From contig CM059432.1 in the NCBI GenBank assembly GCA_030390025.1, positions 54,872,001 to 54,936,000 on the forward strand: a stretch of DNA of 64,000 nucleotides, in the 5' to 3' direction. Under the pieces are notes generated by a model, which saw only the letters and a program-made list of their open reading frames with translations, made no database searches and was not told the DNA's origin. A program made the position numbers and the translations under genes. Numbering within the stretch: the stretch's first letter is position 1; every line of letters starts with the position of its first letter. Source of the DNA: Squalus acanthias. Taxonomy: Eukaryota. Below are positions 42,263 to 53,790 of the stretch, one piece after another.

Positions 42263-43722
42263 GAAACATAGAAAACATAGAAACATAGAAGATAGGAGCA
42301 GGAGTAGGCCATTCGGCCCCTCGAGCCTGCTCCGCCATTCGATGAGATCATGGCTGATCATCCAAACTCAGTACCCTGTCGCTGCCTTCTCCCCATATCC
42401 CTTGATCCCTTTAGCCTTAATGAATATATCTAACTCCTTCTTGAATATATTTACTGACTTGGCCTCAACTGCCTTCTGTGGTAGAGAATTCCACAGGTTC
42501 ACCACTCTCTGGGTGAAGAAATTCCTCCTCATCTCTGTCCTAAATGGCTTACCCCTTATTTTTAGACAGTGACCTCTTGTTCTGGACTCACCCGCCATCG
42601 GGAACATCCTTCCTGCATCCAGTCTGTCTAGCCCTGTTAGAATTTTATAAGTTTCAATGAGATCTCCTCTCATTCTTCTAAACTCCAGCGAGTATAAGCC
42701 CAATCGACCCAATCTCTCCTCGTACGTCATTCCTGCCATCCCAGGTATCAGTCTGATGAATCTTCGCTGCACTCCCTCCATGGCAAGAACATCCTTCCTC
42801 AGATAAGGTGACCAAAACTGCACACAATACTCAAGGTGTGGGCTCACCAAGGTCCTGTACAGCTGCAGCAAGACATCCCTGTTCCTGTACTCGAACCCTC
42901 TTGCTACGAAGGCCAACATACCATTTGCCTTCTTAACTGCCTGCTGTACCTGCATGCTTACCTTCAGCCACTGGTGCACAAGGACACCCAGAACTCGTTG
43001 CACTTCCCCTTCTCCCAATCTATTGCCGTTCAGATAATAATCTGCCTTTCTGTTTTTGCCACCAAAGTGGATAACCTCGCATTTATCCACATTATACTGC
43101 ATCTGCCATGCTTTTGCCCAATCACCCAACCTGTCCAAATCATACTGGAGTTTCTCGGCATCCTCCTCACAGCACACACGCCCACCCAGCTTTGTGTCAT
43201 CTGCAAACTTGGAGATATTACATCTAGTTCCCTCGTCTAGATCATTAATATATATTGTGAATAGCTGGGGTCCTAGGACCGATCCCTGCGGAACCCCACT
43301 AGTCACTGCCTGCCACTCGGAAAAAGACCCGTTTATTCCAACTCTTTGCTTCCTGTCTGCCAACCAGTTCTCTATCCAAGTCAGTACCTTGCCCCCCAAT
43401 CCCATGTGCCTTAACTTTACACGCTAATCTCTTATGCGGGACCTTATCGAAAGCCTTCTGAAAGTCCAAATACACCACATCCACTGGTTCTCCCTTATCT
43501 GTTCTATCAGTTACATCCTCAAAAAATTCCAGTAGATTAGTCAAGCACGATTTGCCTTTTGTAAATCCATGTTGACTTTGTCCGATCCTGTCACTGTTTT
43601 CCAAGTGCTCTGCTATTACATCTTTTATAATGGACTCTAGCATTTTCCCCACAACCAATGTCAGGCTTACTGGTCTATAATTCCCCGTTTTTTCTTTACC
43701 ACCTTTTTTGAACAGTGGAGTG
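42263..43722 (-). mobile_element. Young CR1 (HER1-like) LINE, 5'-truncated
   Basis: Open 345-aa RT C-terminal ORF 42368-43405 plus upstream RT in another frame; gaaacata tail repeats. Confidence 0.95.
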
Positions 43723-44291
43723 TTCTTATCTATTGCGGAGCCTGTTTTACTGGACAACAGGTATGTAATCTTGTCTTCCTCTCCCTTTTCCAGGGCATCC
43801 ATGATAAAATAGGGCAACATCCTGGCTCCACAAAAATGAAGCATTGAAAAAGTTTTAATGGAAGGCCTCAAAAGGACTTAAAAGTCCTTAAAAGGGCCGC
43901 TGCTAAGGCGGTTGAAGACCCGGAACAACTGCACGGTGCATGCATTGCCCACTTTCTCACCAATTTCGCATTGTGGTCCTAAAGCCAATGTTAGGACGCT
44001 GATTTGCATATTCAAGGTGCCTAACACCAATTTCAGGTGGGTGCCTTGCACACCTGTAAGTCACCAGCTTCCAATTTGGCAGTCATCACACTTCCAGAGG
44101 AGATCGGGTGCGAGAGATTACAACCCAAAATTAGTCCCTACAACCTTAACTTTTCACCCAAAAACTGGTGAAACGAGGTTGAATTTCTCTCCCATTGAAT
44201 CAAGTTAGGCTGGGATATGAGTGAGGCTGGTTCTTAACTTTTTGTGTACTTTAACAAAAAGGAGTCAATGCCAAGATAAAACTTAGACATT

Positions 44292-46603
44292 GGCCTAGAA
44301 ATTCGAGTAGGCCGGAAACCAGCCAGTGCCATCATGGGCCGATATTAACGGCCGCCCGCAATAATAGCGCAGGCAGCACTGATATTTTGTTGCTGCTTGC
44401 TGATTAACGTTAGCGCAGCACAGAACCTGTAGTGCAACACTTTTTTTCCGGCAGTAGTCTCAGCAGGAGGTCCAATGTAGCGTGGCCGTAGCGACCCTGG
44501 AGCAAGGCCACGTTCTCTTAAAGCTAGCCTGTCATTGAAGAAAGCACTGTCGATCCCTTAAAGGGGAACTGCCGTCTAAAATGAAAACAATAAAAATCAT
44601 TTAAAAATAGGCAGTCTTTAGCTGTTAGAGCTCACCTGCCTTCTGAAAAAAAAATTAAAATAATTCCGAAATGGCAGTCTTCAGCTCTTAAAGCTGAACT
44701 GCCTTCCACACATAAAAAAATGGTTAAAGTGTTTCAGCACTAACACAAATGGCTCAACAAGCCAAGGAAAGGGCACCCAGGGTCTCGCACGCAGCACTCC
44801 AGCTTTATGCAAGGGGTCAACCCTGCAAGAGAGGTCCTCTACCCACAGGGCCCAGGAGGCCCTCCAGAAAGAAGGATGTGGGACCAGATCACCGAGGCCA
44901 TCACAGCCAGCAGTGTCGCCTCCACAACCTGGCTCCAGTGCCCAAAGAAGCTTCATGACCTCAGACCAGTGGTCAAGGTCAGTGAATGTATCTTCAAAAG
45001 CCGTCTCCTACCAACTGCTCCACTAGCCTCACACACTGCTCAATGCACAACCCCCCCCACCCCCATCACTCACCTACCAACAATCTGTGCCAAACACGAG
45101 GCACACCTCACATTCCTAGCTTCACCTCACCCCCTTGGAGGAGACGGTGCAGGCCATTCTTGGCAGGGGCATGGCTGAGCCCTTGGCCAGTGGTGGGGCT
45201 GAAAAGGATACAAGATGCTGGTATCCTCATACATTATCCTCCTTCTCACATCCCACTTCCCCCTCATCCCACAATCTCTTCTGATTTACAAGGTGCACAT
45301 GGTGTAAGCATGCACCTCTTGCTTTCCCGCCCTCCCCTCACAACTTTAACCTTGTGCCTTCCTCATTTCACACACACAAGACATTCAGCCTGCCCAGCCA
45401 GTGGTTGACCAAGAAGAGGGAGAGGAGAGTGAAGAAGAAGAGGAAACACCGTCACTCGATTTCACACTCCCAGCCACCAGCTCCTCAAGGCCGTCCTGCA
45501 AATCCATCTGCAGTGTCCCCCACTGAAAGTCAGCAGCCTTTCACCAGCCATGCTGCAGCCACTGGGGTAACACTGCATGAGATCACTAGGATAGGCAAAG
45601 GCAGATGTAAGTCAGTCACTAAGGGAATGCATGAGGGAGATTAGTTGATTTCTTAATGTCATATTGAATAAAGTTGGATTGGAAAGGTTGCTTTGTGGTG
45701 GCTTTTATTTCAGCATTGTGGCCAAGAGGACACTGTGATGGTCAGTAACAGAGGGAAGGTAAGGTGTGGGACTAATGTTGAAAGGGGAATTGGGGTTGTG
45801 GTCACTGCTATTGCAGGCAGATGATTCCATCCCAGATATCCTGGCCAGAAAAGGGGTGTCTGGGTTGCATCCTTCCTTCCGCTTCCTCCTCTTCTGCATC
45901 TTTCTCTTCTGCTTCTTCCTCTTCTTCTGCTTCCTCCTCTTCTCGTCTTCCTTTTCTGCCTTTTCTTCTTCCCTCTGCGAGCGGATACTGGAAATCTGAA
46001 ATAAAAGCAGAAAATGCTGGAAGTACTCAGCAGGTCAGGCAGCATCTTGACCTGAAACATTAACTCTGTTTCTCTCTCCACAGATGCTACCTGACCTGCT
46101 GAGTATTTCCAGCATTTTCTGTCTTCTCAGAGGCCTTCCTTTACCATCCAAAGCTTTGCAAGCATCCAGCAACACTCCCTGCACTACCTGCACACTTAAA
46201 AAAACTTTTAACATGTATTGCACAAAGCCACAACTTCAATAAAATATTTTTAAAAGTCCAAAATCTTAAATCCAAAATTACCTGAAAGATGCGTGTGTCC
46301 CTTTAAGAAGCACTGACAACATCTCTGCAGGGCTGCTTCACGAACGCTTTTCTGTGCATGCTTAGGACCCGGAGTTATGGAGTGCGAAAACGTCCAAATT
46401 GGCAGTTGTGGCGTCAAGTCAGGCGTTGCATGTCAATTGATGTCACGATCTGCTAATTTACATTTCAGGGACCAGCGCTGTCAACGGCAGTGCTATGGCC
46501 CTTACCAAAATGGCGGCTGCCATGTCCCCCACCGGAGGCAGCCGCTATTTTTTCCAGAGAACCAGCGTTAATGGCCGGCTCTCACGTAAGGAATTTTTAG
46601 GCC
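44292..46603. mobile_element. Internally deleted PIF/Harbinger element: Myb/SANT gene remnant (+) convergent with the transposase 3' end (-)
   Basis: TIRs ggcctagaaattc / gaatttttaggcc; ERAPRVSHAAL...REVLYP...MWDQITEAI...TTWLQCPKKLHDL; acidic poly-E tail on the minus strand at ~45800-45970. Confidence 0.78.
45981..46122. mobile_element. Miniature inverted Penelope 3'-end insertion (family B)
   Basis: Two oppositely oriented pieces of the 57338-57460 terminus forming a hairpin (cagaaaatgctggaa...agcatct / agatgcta...ttccagcattttctg). Confidence 0.8.
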
Positions 46604-48649
46604 AAAATGTTTAATTTTTGTCATACACCCTTCCATATCTAAATATATTTCATTGACATCTTACTAAATGTATTTGTTATCTCCGTTAGTCTCCTAACCT
46701 TGATAACTGTGGAGAACTATGTTTCTAAAATTGTCAATTTTCTTAGTGGTATTGAAATATTTGAGTCAGATCTCCATCACTTCAGTGACATCACTGACAA
46801 GCAGCATCCCCGTGTGTCCTGGAGCAACACCACAGTAAATAGTGGGGGCCGTGATTTCAAACTCACCCGGAAGGCTCTCAAGAGCCACCTGGGCTCAGGA
46901 AACCACTCCATCAGCTGTGAATTCAGATTTTCTAGCCAGTAGCATGTTTCTGAATGTAGATGATATGGGGCCCTCGCTAATACAGCAAGATCACACCCTG
47001 GTCTCCGGAATGAGCCTGTCTCTAAGTAATTGATGGGGCTGTCAACTTCATAGCCACAAGGAGAGGTTATTGAGGACACTATATTTGATATAGTTGAGTC
47101 AATTCAGCCTGAACCTCAGAAGGCACTGATCATCTGACACTTCTAGGTAATTGAAGCAAGACTGATATGTCCTTTCAAAGTTCTGTACTGGCCCATGCTC
47201 TTCGCTTTTGTTGTCACATTGCCTTTTCATCTTGGTCTTCCTCTAATAAAAACAATGCAAAGGCAATGAGGATATGATCTTGCAGTACTCTAGTCAAACT
47301 GACAGACTTTAGTCCTTTAGTGCTATTAAATGTGATTTGTAGTGTAGATGGTTCAATGGTAAATAATATTGCAAAATGGTACCTTAGTTAATTTAGTTGG
47401 ATCCATTCCCTAATAGTTGGTCTAGCTGATGGTTTTAATTCACTGATATAAGTGTTTGTTGCTGAGTTAAACTTTTATAGAAATCACATTTATGATTTGG
47501 TATTAACACAACTTGCCATTAACACCACCAATTGATGCTAAATCACATAATAATTGCCAGCACTCAGAAAGTAGGCCTCACATTCCTAAAGTAATGAATT
47601 CGAACCTATTTGAAACAAGCAGACAGACAATGCCTTTTGGATGAATCTATATTTGACTGAAAATAAAAGTAATCAAAAACCTCCTGAACTGTGCCACGTC
47701 CTTAATTGTTCACTGGTGAAATAAAGCTTCTCATATGAATAACTTCCTAATGGTCTCTGTTCCATATTTCAGGACTTAATAACATTTAATTTAATAGAAT
47801 TACTGTTTCCTTCACAATCATTTAACTAAAATGGCTCCTGAACAGTGGAAGCCAATCGATTATAATCACTAAGTAATACAAGCAAGACTGCTTTTCATTA
47901 AGAGAAATGTAATAAAATTATAAATCCTTTTACATTGATTTAATGCTTGTGTCAATCTGTATTACCTGATAAAATAAAAATTCACGAGACTAATTCTATA
48001 AGTGGTAAAGGTGGAGCACACAGTGATCATATTCAGTTTAATAAACTTACTAATACTATTACCTGCAATTTACTATAATGCCTCCTAAATTAAGGTCCTT
48101 TACAGTTGCAAGAGTGTAGAAGGAACTCTGAATGTTGTTATAAAACCTTTATAAATCACCCTAGATTTTGTTTTAAACCAGTTACGGTGCACATAGTACT
48201 TGATAGAAAGAAAGACTTGCATTTATATAGCGCCTTTCACGTCCTCAGGATGTCCCAAAGCGCTTTACAGCCAATTAAGTACTTTTGATGTGTAGTCACT
48301 GTTGTAATGATAGCTCAAAAAAGTTTAACATTTTATTCAGTGTTAGGATCAAAGGAATTTGCTGTGGAAACAGTATGCTCCCTCATCGAGAGAGGATGTG
48401 ACAGCCACTCCTACTGAAGCTGTAATCCTACGTCATGAATGGTACTTCTGTTTCACATAGTTAAACTTGTCCAGGCATGAATGACATTCAAATACATGTA
48501 TGAAGAGGATGTACAGGGCAGTCTTCACATAGACAGGCTAACACGTTCAACCCCAGATTTCAGTGTTCCTTTGAAAAGTAGCAATATTATGACAATAATC
48601 AAAAATGTAGCATGAAGAAGCCCATTGATAACTTCTGCCCGACCCTCAC

Positions 48650-49030
48650 TCCCAGTGACTGAGTGGTAAAGTCAATATGTAACCGAATCATGCAGACCAG
48701 AAGCTCTCAGGTTCAAATCAAGATCTATGTTTAATTAGATGATATCAGCTGGGACAGCTGTAGTGGTACTGTACTACCATTGGCCTCAGTGCTGTAGTTA
48801 GGGCCAGAAGATCAACCAGCGTTCCTGCTCCTGATTGCTGTTCCTGGATAAGGGCAGGATCTAGATCGGATGTCAATGCCCCTGCGGTCAATTAGCCTGC
48901 CAGCACTCGCATTTTAGGCTCACACTGGAAGAATTTCTACTTTAGCACGGTACCATCGGGCGACTGGCACTGTGAAAATGTATTCCAGCAAAAGTCAATG
49001 TCTTCAGGGGAGGAGAGGAGAGAAGATTGG
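48650..49030 (+). mobile_element. Old tRNA-derived SINE (related copy at ~51935-52080)
   Basis: ggttcaaatc B-box; shared body ...ttagatgatatcagc...ttggcctcag...cctgctcctgattgct. Confidence 0.45.
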
Positions 49031-49324
49031 CACAAAAAATGCCTATAAATATAACTGTAGTACTTTTATAATATGCACAATTATTGTTGTCCAGAAAAAC
49101 CTCTTCTGTGCATAAGAATCCATATTACTTTTTAGTAGCATGGGGCTTCATCCGCTGAGAGAACGTATTGGGATTTCAGGTACCTGCTCCCCATGATTTC
49201 CGTCCATTTATCGCTGAATTTTAATACTCCTGTGAAGTGCCTTGGGACGTTTTGCTACGTTAAAGGCGCTATATAAATACAAGTTATTGTTGTTGTAGAG
49301 CAAGTATTACAGAATTACAAATCA

Positions 49325-49520
49325 GGGGACGGCTGGTACACTGGGTTAGTACACTGAATTTTCACTTCTCAGACCAGGGGTTGAATTCAGCCCAGACTTA
49401 TGGGTGAAAATCCTCTCTCCAAATTAACTGTAATGATCCTACATAAAATGAGTTGGGACCGTATCAGCTCAATTATAATGAGCTTTGCCCTAAGCACAAA
49501 GCTGTCTACAACTTGCAACA
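49325..49520 (+). mobile_element. LF-SINE-like 5' fragment
   Basis: tRNA-like head plus ctacataaaatgagttggg, similar to the recalled LF-SINE motif ctatgtgaaatgagttgg. Confidence 0.4.
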
Positions 49521-49529
49521 AACAGGCAT

Positions 49530-51275
49530 ATTAAAGGAGGAGGAAGAGAAGGAGGAATGGAGGAGGCAGGCAGCAGATCCCCGTTCCAGACGGGCTGTCC
49601 GTGAGCGCCTCAGGATTTTCAGAAGACATTCGATAAGGTGCCACACAAGAGGTTATTAAACAAAATTAGGGCTCATGGGATTGGGGGTAATATACTAGCA
49701 TGGATTGAGGATTGGTTAACGGACAGAAAACAGAGAGTAGGAATAAATGGGTCATTTTCGGGTTGGCAGGCTGTAACTAGTAGGGTACCGCAAGGATCAG
49801 TGCTTGGGCCTCAGCTATTCACAATCTACATCAATGATTTGGATGAGGGGACCAAATGTAATATATCCAAGTTTGCTGATGATACAAAGCTGGGTGGGAA
49901 TGTAAGTTGTGAGGAGGATGCAAGGAGGCTTCAAGGGGTTATAGACAGGCTAAGTGAGTGGGCAAGAACATGGCAAATGGAATATAATGTGGAGAAATGT
50001 GAAGTTATCCACTTTGGTAAGAAAAATAGAAAAGCAGAGTATTTTTTAAATGGTGAGAGATTGGGAAATGTTGGTGTTCAGAGGGACCTGGGTGTCCTTG
50101 TACACGAATCACTGGTACAGCAAGCAATTAGGAAAGCAAATGGTATGTTGGCCTTTGTTACAAGAGGATTTGAGTATAAGAGTAAAGACATCTTACTGCA
50201 ATTATATAGGGCCCTGGTGAGACCACACCTGGAATATTGTGTATAGTTTTGGTCTCCTTACCTAAGGAAGGATATACTTGCCATAGAGGGAGTGCAACGA
50301 AGGTTTACCAGACTGGTTCTTGGGATGGGGGGATTGTCCTATGAGGACAGATTGAGTAGACTAGGCCTATATTCTCTAGAGTTTAAAAGAATGAGAGACA
50401 ATCTCATTGAAACATAGAAAATTCTTACAGGGTTGACAGGGTAGATGCAGGGAGGATGTTTTCCCTGGCTGGGAAGTCTAGAACCAGGGGCCACAGTCTC
50501 AGAATAAGGGGTCGGCCATTTAGGACTGAGATGAGGAGAAATTTCTTCACTCAGAGGGTGGTGAATCTTTGGAATTCTCTACCCCAGAGGGCTGTGGAGG
50601 CTCGGCCGTTGAGTATATTCATGACAGAGATCGATAGATTTTTGAATATTAAGGGAATCAAGGGATATGGGGAGAGTGCAGGAAAGTGGAGATGAGGAAG
50701 AAGATCAGCCATGATCTTATTGAATGGCGGAGCAGGCTCGAAGGGCCAAATGGCCTACTCCTGCTCCAATTTCTTATGTTCATCAGAATCCGGTTCCCCT
50801 AAATGAAACCCCAGATCCCTGTTGCTCACCACTTCCCAACCTTACCATCCCTCTGTCACGGAGCATCACAGCGTCCTCCTGGGCACAAAGCTGAAATGAG
50901 AGCCACCACAAAATAACCATTCCAAACATAATTTATAAATTAATCAATCCAAAACTACATAACAAAGTCAACTAATCACCCTTCTGCATTCCCTTAGTGT
51001 CTGTCTTTCGTGTTCCTTTGCCTATCCTAGTGCTCCTACACAGTGCTACCCCAGTGGCTGCAGCATGGCTGGTGGAAGGCTGCAGACTTTCTTGGGGAGA
51101 CTTCAGATGACCTTGCTGGATGACCTCAAGCAGCTCAGGGCCTAGAAGACCCGGCTGTAGACTGCACCACCTCGGCATGGGCATCAGCAGTCTGGGCTGG
51201 CTGGCTGACAGGCAGCAGCAAGGGGACTTGGCGGAGTGGCAGGGGTGGGAGTACGACAAAGCACCTCCCCTTTAA
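49530..51275. mobile_element. Harbinger remnant split by a CR1 insertion
   Basis: Removing the CR1 restores EEEEKEEWRRQAADPRSRRAVRERLIRIRFP* (transposase-like C-terminus); 50810-51100 is the reverse complement of a 45520-45780-like segment. Confidence 0.62.
49613..50781 (+). mobile_element. CR1 LINE, 5'-truncated
   Basis: ORF 49638-50246 (202 aa RT, FADDTKL) and 50456-50695; CR1 tail. Confidence 0.93.
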
Positions 51276-51410
51276 AAAGTGCAGAGAGCCTAGGTGAAGT
51301 TTTATTGGCCAGTAGACTCCACCCAATATTGAGTGCTGAGCCAAACTGCAGTGCATTTAACACTGAGCTCGGTACTTCAATCATTATAATGAGCAGGCAG
51401 CACGAATTTT

Positions 51411-51841
51411 ACATAGAAACATAGAAACATAGAATCTAGGAGCAGGAGTAGGCCATTCGGCCCGTCGAGCCTGCTCCACCATTCAATACGATCATGGCTG
51501 ATCATCCAAATCCAGTACCCTGTCCCTGCTTTAATCCCCACAGTACACATATCCCACCCTACCCCCGTAACCCCACGTATTTAATTCCCCCTAACATATC
51601 CCATCCTATCCCCATAACCCCACATATTTAATCCCCCCCTAACACTAAGGGTCAATTTATCATAGCCAAATCAACCTAACCCGCACATTTTTGGACTGTG
51701 GGAGGAAACCGGAGCACCCGGAGGAAACCCACGCAGACACGGGGAGAATGTGCAAACTCCACACAGACAGTCACCCGAGGTCAAGATTCGAACCCGGGTC
51801 CCTGGCGCTGTGAGGCACCAGTGCTAACCACTATGCCACCG
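51411..51841 (-). mobile_element. HE1-like V-SINE with a CR1-derived 3' tail
   Basis: Minus-strand A box TGGCATAGTGG and B box GGTTCGAATC; V-domain tgcgtgggtttcctccgggtgctccggtttcctcccacagtccaaa; tail matches the CR1 ends at 6392 and 42263. Confidence 0.87.
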
Positions 51842-52084
51842 TTTTGCGTGCTGCCTGCACCACTTTGAACAGTCGCATCTGTTTTTGGGCCCAATCCAAT
51901 TTCACCCCTAGTGTGTTTATCTAGTGAGCAACTGAGAGGTAAAAACCAGGCAGGTACCAGGTTCAATCCCCAGACTGTGCTGAGTTAGTTGATCTCAACT
52001 AGGGTGGTGACAGGACTGCTAGAATTGCCCTCAGCACCCTGGGCTCGGGCAAGTGAAACTCAGCCAGGACTCCTGCTGCTCATT

Positions 52085-52925
52085 CAGGCATAGGATATAA
52101 GAGGAAATGTAGCAGCACTGATAGGAAGTTAGTTGATGGACAGGAAACAAAGAGTAGAGTAAATTGGTGTTGCGCAGATTGAAGAAGGGTTGGAAATGGT
52201 ATACCCCAGGGGCCAGTGCCAGGTCCACTTTTGTTCTTGGTATATACTGATGATTTGGACTTGGAGACTGGAAGCTCAATCTAAAAATCTGCTGATTACA
52301 CAAAACTGGGACATAGAATATAAGAGTAAAGAAGTATGATAAATTTGTGCAAAACATTGGTTAAGCCACACTAGAGTACTGGGTTCAATTTTGGGCACCC
52401 CATTATAGAGAGCAATAGAGAACATACAACATAAATTCACCAGGATAATGGGAGGAATGGGAAAGTAATTCTGAGGAGAAATGTGAGATACGTGAGATGC
52501 TGGAGCAGAGACGGCTAAGAGGAGATTGAATAGTGGGTTTTAAAATGATGAAAGGTTTTGATAGAGGGAATGGGGAAAGACTATTTATTCTAGTTGGAGA
52601 GTCAGTGACTAAGGGTCATCAATTTTAAATTGTCCCTCAGAGACTGAGGAGAGAGATTAGGAGCAAGTTCTTTACACAGGAGCTGAAGCATGGAATGCTT
52701 TGGCACAGGGAATGGTTTAGGCTAAATGCTGGCCTTGCCAGCGACACTCACATCCCATGAATGAATAAATAAAAAATAAAAAAACACCATTTCATCTTTC
52801 AAGGGACATGCGGATAAACATTTGGAGAAAGATACAAGACTGTGGGAAGAGAGCGTGCCATTGGGATTAATTTTGGATTGCACAAACACAATGGACTGAA
52901 TGCTGTAAATTTCTGTGATACTATG
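52085..52925 (+). mobile_element. Old deleted CR1 fragment containing a short LINE-tail insertion (52722-52785)
   Basis: Decayed LVKPHLEYWVQFW and EQRRLRGD motifs. Confidence 0.7.
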
Positions 52926-53269
52926 GTAAATGTTTTGATTAAGATTTAACACTCCCTAATATATTATATGTTTATAGCACAGTTTCACTCAAGTTAATCT
53001 ATGTTAAATGAGTGTTGTACCTGTGTAAAATATAAGCCTGAGCATTACTGTGAGTGATATTATCATATGAAAGCTTAAAGCACTCATATCAAATTACCCC
53101 ATTTACTTTAAATGGATTAAGGCCTCCTTTAAATTAGCAGAGACAAATTTAATACGAGTGCACTCAATGGGGATACATTTCCATCAGGGTTCTCCATAAC
53201 TTCAGCAGAAGAGCCACAGAAACACTGGAAAAACGGTGTAATCTGCATTTTTTCAACTCTCTCTTGAAT

Positions 53270-53790
53270 TTGCTGATTCGAGCTCAGGTGCCTAATCCCA
53301 GCGATCAGTTTAGTTACCCTTTGCTGCACCCTCTCTATGCCTGGATGTTTCTCTCATTATACAGTGACCAGAATTGTACATGGTACTCCACTTGGGGCCA
53401 GACCAGTGCTCTGTGCAAATTCGGAATCAGTGCCTTCCAACCTAATGGACCAATCTCCTGTGTGACACTGTATCGGGAGCTTTGCTGAAATCTAAATAAA
53501 CAACATGTATTTAGTTCTCCCTGTCCACAAGTCTTATTGGCCTGGAATTTATTCAGAGCAGGTCCCACTGCTCTGCCATAGCTTTGCTGAAAGTGCAATG
53601 GAAACCTTGATCACAAGTGTCAATGGGGTTTCCACTGCATTTCTGCCGAAATTACGGTGAGTGGGAGCAGCCTCCGAGGAAATTCCAGGCCATTATCTCC
53701 TCAACGAGACTCACCAGGCATGATCTCCATCCCATGAATACGTACTGGCTCCCTTTCATAGTTCTGTATTTCTCCAGGTGGTTCATCATT
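53270..53790 (-). mobile_element. Old CR1 fragments
   Basis: ALVWPQVEYHVQFWSLY and QQRVTKLIAGI motifs on the minus strand. Confidence 0.6.
53539..53691. mobile_element. 153-bp Harbinger-type (Tourist-like) MITE
   Basis: Perfect 12-bp TIR ggcctggaattt / aaattccaggcc; TSD ATT. Confidence 0.85.

Noticed and set aside
42368..43405. 345-aa ORF as a host gene or autonomous LINE
   Set aside because: It is the 3' part of a 5'-truncated CR1 ORF2 with an upstream frameshift and no endonuclease domain or ORF1
45710..46081. Arg/Lys-rich 123-aa ORF resembling a protamine-like protein
   Set aside because: An alternative frame of the (GAA/GAG)-rich transposase tail fused to a Penelope fragment
46700..47079. 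Overlapping ORFs in non-repeat-looking sequence
   Set aside because: No known motif, internal stops in the extended frames and no clear splice boundaries
51770..51841. tRNA gene
   Set aside because: The A and B boxes belong to the tRNA-derived head of a V-SINE; there is no complete cloverleaf
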